DNA of 64,000 nt from Gordius albopunctatus (lineage: Eukaryota). Positions 60,678-64,000 of the stretch are shown here, in pieces (the first letter of the stretch is position 1; every line of letters begins with the position of its first letter). The notes under the pieces are model-generated. The model was not told where the DNA came from, ran no database searches, and saw nothing but the letters and a program-made list of their open reading frames with translations. Location of the stretch: contig OZ193910.1 of the NCBI GenBank assembly GCA_964276515.1, forward strand, positions 8,866,001-8,930,000, read 5' to 3'. A program made the position numbers and the translations under genes.

Positions 60678-62689
60678 ATGTCATTTTAAAATATTGCTAT
60701 CATTTTAAAAAGCGCGGCGTAGAAAAATTTCAATTTCAAATAAGCTATCTACAATTTGTAAAGTTCACAAGTTTTAACAAATCACGTTTATATTTATATA
60801 GATTTGTTAAGCAAAGCGCCATGAAAGTCGCGGTGAATATATATATCTATCTAAGAGGGGCAAATATTATTAGCCTTGTGCTTTTTTCGTTACCACAATA
60901 TTTTAATCTCACCCATAACGCGTTAGTATTTATTAGCTAAATGAACTTAAATTTCTTATAATTGGCGTAGCTAGGGGAAGCAAAGGGTGGCAAGCCCCCC
61001 CCCCCCCAAGAGAAAAATCGTGGCAGCTTTGGCCACTCAATCAATTATTTAATATATCATAATTCTATTGCTAATAATTATTTTTATTAGTTTTCAAATA
61101 AATAAATCTTTTAAATTTATATTAAATTTCCGCTTTGTAGTTTATTTAAAAACAATTAAAAGGGTGAGTAAATAAAACTGCTTATTATTAAATGTATGCT
61201 CAATAGTAATTGAATTAATTGTATACAAATAGCCAACGGTTTAAATCGTTAATTGAACATTATCTTGAAATGATTTTTAAGATTAACAACTTAATTATAA
61301 ACAAAACCATACTCTTAGAAAAGAGTAATTTTTTATTTCCTCACTTTATTTACCTGTTACCTCAGCAAACACTAAATCAGCCATAGAACCACCAAGTCTG
61401 GCCACAAAGTTCACAGGTCAACTAAACTAACTGAGTAATTTTAATTTTGTTTTGGCTCTCCTTGCAGCAACGCACACCATTATTCAAACCTTAATTAGAT
61501 AATTTGAATACAAAATCCAATGTAACCCCCAGTTTTGTTGACACCCTATATTATACCACTTCTTGTCGCAAAGTTCACTAGCCTAAAAAACCTTTTTTTA
61601 TTTTGTATAAACTCATTTTTTACCTAAAGAAGCATTTGTAAAAATTAATCGTTAATTGACTAATTCGTATATATTATTTCGCAAATAGAATCCTATTTTC
61701 GTAAATAGATATCGGCATTAGGACATTAAATTCACTTATTCAAATAAACTTCCCAACACTATTATATAAGACTCGCTTAATATCCTAAATTCACTATATA
61801 AAATAAAGTTTTAATAACTAGTGACCACGCATTTTGCGGGAGCTGTTTTTTAAACATCCCCAGAACACTCCCTTAAGATCTGGCGTTTCGGTTTTCTTAG
61901 TTAAAAAAATGCAACTTAGATATTGGGAACTACTTTGTCGAACCGGCATCAAATACAAATATTCTATATACACGATCGAGTTGCAATAAACAACCACTTC
62001 CACCTCTCAAACCTTAACTCGAGGAATATGTGTCCGACTGCTTTAGAGGTTGGGCCAAAATCATATGATATTTTAAGTTGATAAAAATTTGTTTTGCACA
62101 TATATAAAAAGAACTGAACAATTGATAAATGTTCATTACATTTTTTTACTTGTTGTGTCACTTCTTTAAATTTTTGGAATACAAATTTGTACTAAAATAT
62201 TATTTTATATAATATTGGTAATTTACTGATAAAATAGATTATCTATTCGAAATTCAAATTTTCAAATTTGATCCATGAAGGAAATTTAAATTAAAGTGAA
62301 GTACACAAACTAGACGTGTAATTTTAAAATTTAATTAAAAAAATTTTAATTTATAAAATAAAAAGTAACTGTAACTTTAGTTAAACAGTTACTGAAATAA
62401 TGTAACTAACTACAGTTACAGTTACTCTGAAGTAAAAGTAACTGGTTAAAGTTACTTTACTGAGGAAAAGGAACTAGTCACTTAACAGCTCTGTATGGTA
62501 TATATTATTAGCTAATATTGCTAATATATTAGTTTTAAAATGTCTCAGGTCTTATTTAATTTTTTGCAAATATTTAAAATTAATAATATACAACATAAAT
62601 TCTATTCTAATCATAAATATAACGAATTTGAATATAAATTTCTAATTTCCTGGCTTGGAGTATTGGCAGAATCAGTATTTGGAAATGAT

Positions 62690-63350
62690 ATTGACCCCTG
62701 TAAAGGGTTGCAAAGTATGCAGGCTTCAAATATAATTTTCTCTGCTTTTTTAGGTCTAGTCCTAAATGCGCGTATTAAATATATCAAATTTGGCAGTTAG
62801 TAAGCCAAAAGAGCATTCAACACGATTTCCCTAGATAATCTTTTATTGAATACAATTTTCTCATCATCCAATGTTCTCGAAGAATATGGTTTTGCAAAAA
62901 GTTGGATAATTGAAATGCCTCATCTGCAATGAATACATACGGGTTATTATGGGTACCAGGAAAATAACTAGCCGAAGGTAAAATGTATCATCTCCTTGGA
63001 TTTTTTTGTATAATGAAGTTTGCTTCCAAACGCCACTATCACTTTGACGTCCCAATATACCAATATGAGCATAAATGAATTTTTATTTTGCATCCGTATT
63101 TGCCATGAAAATAATTGAATGCTATCCTTTTTTAGTTACAATATCTACTTCCTTCCCTATTTGGTTTCTTTATTCTTATGTGCTTAACATCTATTGCTCC
63201 TAAGGGAAGAAGAAAATTCCATCTGTCAAGATTCTCTTCAGATATCTGAATGAAAATATTATAATATAATGAATTATTATACTCTAATCCAATCTGACAT
63301 TGTTGGCTCAGGAATGTGAATTGACCATAAATTTATTATGACGTTACACT
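62690..63350 (-). mobile_element. Degenerate PIF/Harbinger transposase remnant
   Basis: Minus-strand pieces WNFLLPLGAIDVKHIRI, FIYAHIGILGRQSDSGVW..SLY, GDDTF, ENAFGLLTAKF, with stops and frameshifts; boundaries approximate. Confidence 0.8.
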
Positions 63351-64000
63351 CCTTAAATTCTAAAACTAAAGGCTAATTGTATAAAATTGTCTCCCTTTAT
63401 TAAATACCCTAAGATTTCCCTAATTTTTCAATTGTATAAATGTCATTACCTTAATGTCAACATAAGTCTTTCTGCTGGAGTGGAGGTATAGAAAAACTTT
63501 GGATTTAGGGTACTCTATATCTTTAACAATTTTACTTAATAAATAATAGAACGTTGAAAGATGCATTCTAGTATATTAAAAAATTTCTGCTTACTACTAC
63601 CAATATCATCAAAAATGTGATTATATTTTCTAAATATATTACGTCTTTGATAAATTATGCTTTTCTTCTTTCTACTTCTTGTTTTTAATAAACGGCTGAG
63701 TAAAATTAATAATAAGATTCGAGTTTGAACTACATGAACTTAAATCTGATATATGAACAAAAGAGATATTAAGACATGCTCTAAGAAGGGTGTCAAGGGT
63801 GGTTTCTTTTTTCCTATAACTGTTTGTCAGACTAAATGGTTAAATGCTACCTTATGTATTTTCCCCCCTTTTAGGTCTTCGTACACCAAATTCGCTTAAA
63901 ATACTACCTAATTTATCCTTATGAATACTATGTATCCAATCAGCTCAGCCTTTCACTTTCGGAACAAGCCACTCTAACCTCCATAAAATCAATCAATGAT

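Overview
AT-rich eukaryotic DNA, most likely from an invertebrate animal. It holds three conserved host genes, all on the minus strand: RFC1 (240-20808, about 25 exons), an apparently intronless UTP6 (35583-37757) and RAD51 (51338-60677, 9 coding exons). Many introns are tiny (33-40 nt), but one intron in RFC1 (12.6 kb) and one in RAD51 (7.4 kb) are packed with transposons. The rest is dominated by mobile elements: four copies of a CRE-clade-like non-LTR retrotransposon (RT plus restriction-like endonuclease, two subfamilies), a near-intact RTE, a Gypsy element split by an inversion, a solo LTR, Ac-like and Tip100-like hAT elements, hAT and TA-target MITEs, two pogo-like deletion derivatives, non-autonomous Helitrons and a Harbinger remnant. 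The most striking pattern is that three of the four CRE-like copies carry insertions (hAT, Gypsy, RTE, solo LTR) within the same ~14-bp homologous site. Also notable are a ~0.53-kb direct duplication flanking the RTE and an inversion next to a hAT MITE that flipped the Gypsy 3' LTR. All coordinates were read by eye; family assignments rest on remembered motifs, not database searches.
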